This document shows positions 50,325 through 64,000 of a DNA stretch of 64,000 nt, one piece after another. Source of the stretch: Amoebidium appalachense (Eukaryota; Protista; Ichthyosporea); the NCBI GenBank assembly GCA_963693365.1, contig CAVNZM010000003.1:9732782-9796781 (forward strand), given 5' to 3'. Numbering within the stretch: the stretch's first letter is position 1; every line of letters begins with the position of its first letter. A model generated the notes under the pieces. That model was not told the origin of the DNA. It ran no database searches and worked only from the letters and a program-made list of their open reading frames with translations. Position numbers and translations under genes: made by a program.

Positions 50325-50385
50325 CCAGCTGATACCGAGTGTCCCGAGGGAAGCCCCTTTAAAAAAAAAAAAAAATTAAAATTAA
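48700..50385 (+). mobile_element. 5'-truncated LINE-like element with (CA)n in the 3' UTR and an A-rich tail
   Basis: RT ORF, then (CA)n at about 50243-50322, then ..GAAGCCCCTTT(A)15TTAAAATTAA. Confidence 0.8.
48709..50241 (+). CDS. Reverse transcriptase of a 5'-truncated non-LTR retrotransposon (C-terminal 510 codons)
   Basis: RT motifs RGLLQGSLLSPFLFNLFIDDL, LLYADDL, LNIDKC and YKYLG, plus a C-terminal Cys/His cluster (CPNNTHTHQFNRSCIAKC). The ORF begins mid-RT, so no endonuclease or N-terminal RT subdomains are present. Confidence 0.9.
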   Translation: MAGHYVVRGVPHCIGVLLEALLSQTYGRAVVNGHLSYGFARTRGLLQGSLLSPFLFNLFIDDLAVKIYAENDDPINNFPPALLYADDLSLLARTPRRLQRLFDVVSEWCKANLMILNIDKCGVLVPDIANNLHTFTLSSKPVPIVPEYKYLGVPVDSVGVMFPHMVEKRVELARKRLAFFSANIFKDTPLHPSIRLTFIRTFVFPACEYGLPLLAAWIKKERTRALKPLANFLEAEVASFLSNNCCKPGPVTLSIYGLVPIAARVSYLALKFNKHISRLKKYLPSHPLFSIRPVPSSPPPSFLPSLSPSPLGTNTNKPRNSVCVTLDCHLLIKHVHNHKIITQYNKWKKIPHDTRPDESIHLEKLSLMSRFIYTDRLNHIAKYGTRKCITPKYILPSCRTGLSLADGIIDQLPRFYCTRAIQWRSNKYKVASFACPNNTHTHQFNRSCIAKCSLIDHIIPQHTHVTFTTDTQKDSLPVNYNILDFILNTRNYDLFIRCIDWLEKHITTKL

Positions 50386-50390
50386 CCACT

Positions 50391-50483
50391 CATACTCTTT
50401 ATGTATGGCTTGCATTCTGCATCGTGTTATCCGTTTGTTCTTGTGTACTTCGTACTTTTTGACGCATTCAAACCCCCCCCCCC
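50391..50483 (+). mobile_element. Short 3'-terminal copy (C) of the poly-C-ended repeat family
   Basis: CATACTCTTTATGTATGGCTTGCATTCTGCATCGTGTTATCCG..GACGCATTCAAA(C)11 matches the last about 80 nt of copies A and B. Confidence 0.85.
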
Positions 50484-50613
50484 GGAATATCCCCTCAGCG
50501 GTATATCATGATCACGTACATAGATGTCGGGTGGTGACTATATATCAGGGTTTACTTTCTCTACGAGACACCATAAAGACTACAAGGAGAAATCAATTAG
50601 TTGGGGTTCCCCG

Positions 50614-50830
50614 TTTTTTTTTTTTTTTTTTTTTTTTTAATTTTTTTTTTTTTTTAATTTTAATTTTTTTTTTTTTTTTTTTTTTTTTTAAAGGGGCTTC
50701 ACCCCCCCCATACCTGAGACTGGTTCTCTTTGCCTCGAGTAAACAGCGTAAACCCCATGTAGTACCTCCTAGGGCAAAAAACAAAAAAACAAAAAAAAAA
50801 GACCAAAAAAACAACAGACAAGGTATGTTG
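50614..50830 (-). mobile_element. Possible second retroposon 3' end sharing the LINE tail, opposite orientation
   Basis: The minus strand reads ..GAAGCCCCTTT(A)nTTAAAATT(A)n, the same terminal motif as the LINE at 50350-50385, but the upstream sequence differs. 5' limit unknown. Confidence 0.5.
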
Positions 50831-51191
50831 AGCCGGGCCGCAGGGAGACAGTCACTCAAAGTAACTACTAAGGCCCAGCTGAGGCGAGCTGCTGAGGCGA
50901 CGAGGCCTTGACAAAGCCCGGGCTTGTGTGTCCCAAGAACTGTCCCCGGAGATGGCTGTGGTGCGGACTGAATGATTGCCTTATTAGTTTGCAGTGCCTT
51001 GTTCGAATCTCTCATGATCAGGCACCAGGCTTGAGCGTGAGCATGCTGTAACTAACAGCTCTGACGAAGTTGTAAAGGTTTATGTATGTCAGCTTTTACA
51101 TCATGCCATCAGCACATCTGGCGAACCTCTAGGGTTTGAACGCCATATCCGAGCAGCACAAGCACACACTGGCAGGGGTAACGTGGGGACA

Positions 51192-63626
<12,435 letters not shown>

Positions 63627-63751
63627 GTACGGGTTGTGTGTGTGTCTGTGTACGGCTGCTTGCATGCCTCCCCCTCCCCCCCCCCCCCCCTCCCCCTCTC
63701 CCTCCCTCGCTCCCTCCCTCCCTCCCTCCCTCCCTCCCTCCCTCCCTCCCT

Positions 63752-63859
<108 letters not shown>

Positions 63860-64000
63860 ATCTGTGTGTGTGGTGTGGTGCTGGGAAGCTATGGCCTGTG
63901 TTGGGATAGAAAAACAAATGCAAGGATGTAGACTCTCCTGCTGGATGCCCACACACACCATCGCATGCAAACATACATACTATCTCTCAACCCTACCCTG

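Overview
Eukaryotic nuclear DNA, very rich in (CA)n, (GA)n and poly-C/G tracts. Nearly all ORFs in the supplied track are microsatellite artefacts, and the real genes appear only after manual splicing at GT-AG boundaries. Five genes were reconstructed. (1) A 12-exon gene (+, about 9269-23470) whose C-terminal half follows the OB-fold/zinc-finger architecture of shieldin subunit SHLD2/FAM35A motif by motif. (2) A bacterial-type aspartate ammonia-lyase with one 2018-nt spliceosomal intron (+, 25867-29399). (3) An intronless Zn-dependent alcohol dehydrogenase (+, 34457-35518). (4) A 9-exon RING/B-box/coiled-coil/WD40 (TRIM-like) gene (-, 38233-46733). (5) A multi-exon helical protein resembling Gemin4 (+, from about 51192, running off the window end). 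Mobile DNA includes a 5'-truncated non-LTR retrotransposon, a solo LTR with a 5-bp TSD inside a (CA)n tract, MITE-like elements, and a four-copy repeat family with a shared 3' end abutting poly-C. The first 7 kb is a decayed segmental repeat. The mix of animal-associated genes and bacterial-type enzymes suggests a unicellular eukaryote, possibly a holozoan; this is inference only. Homology calls rest on recalled motifs, not on database searches.
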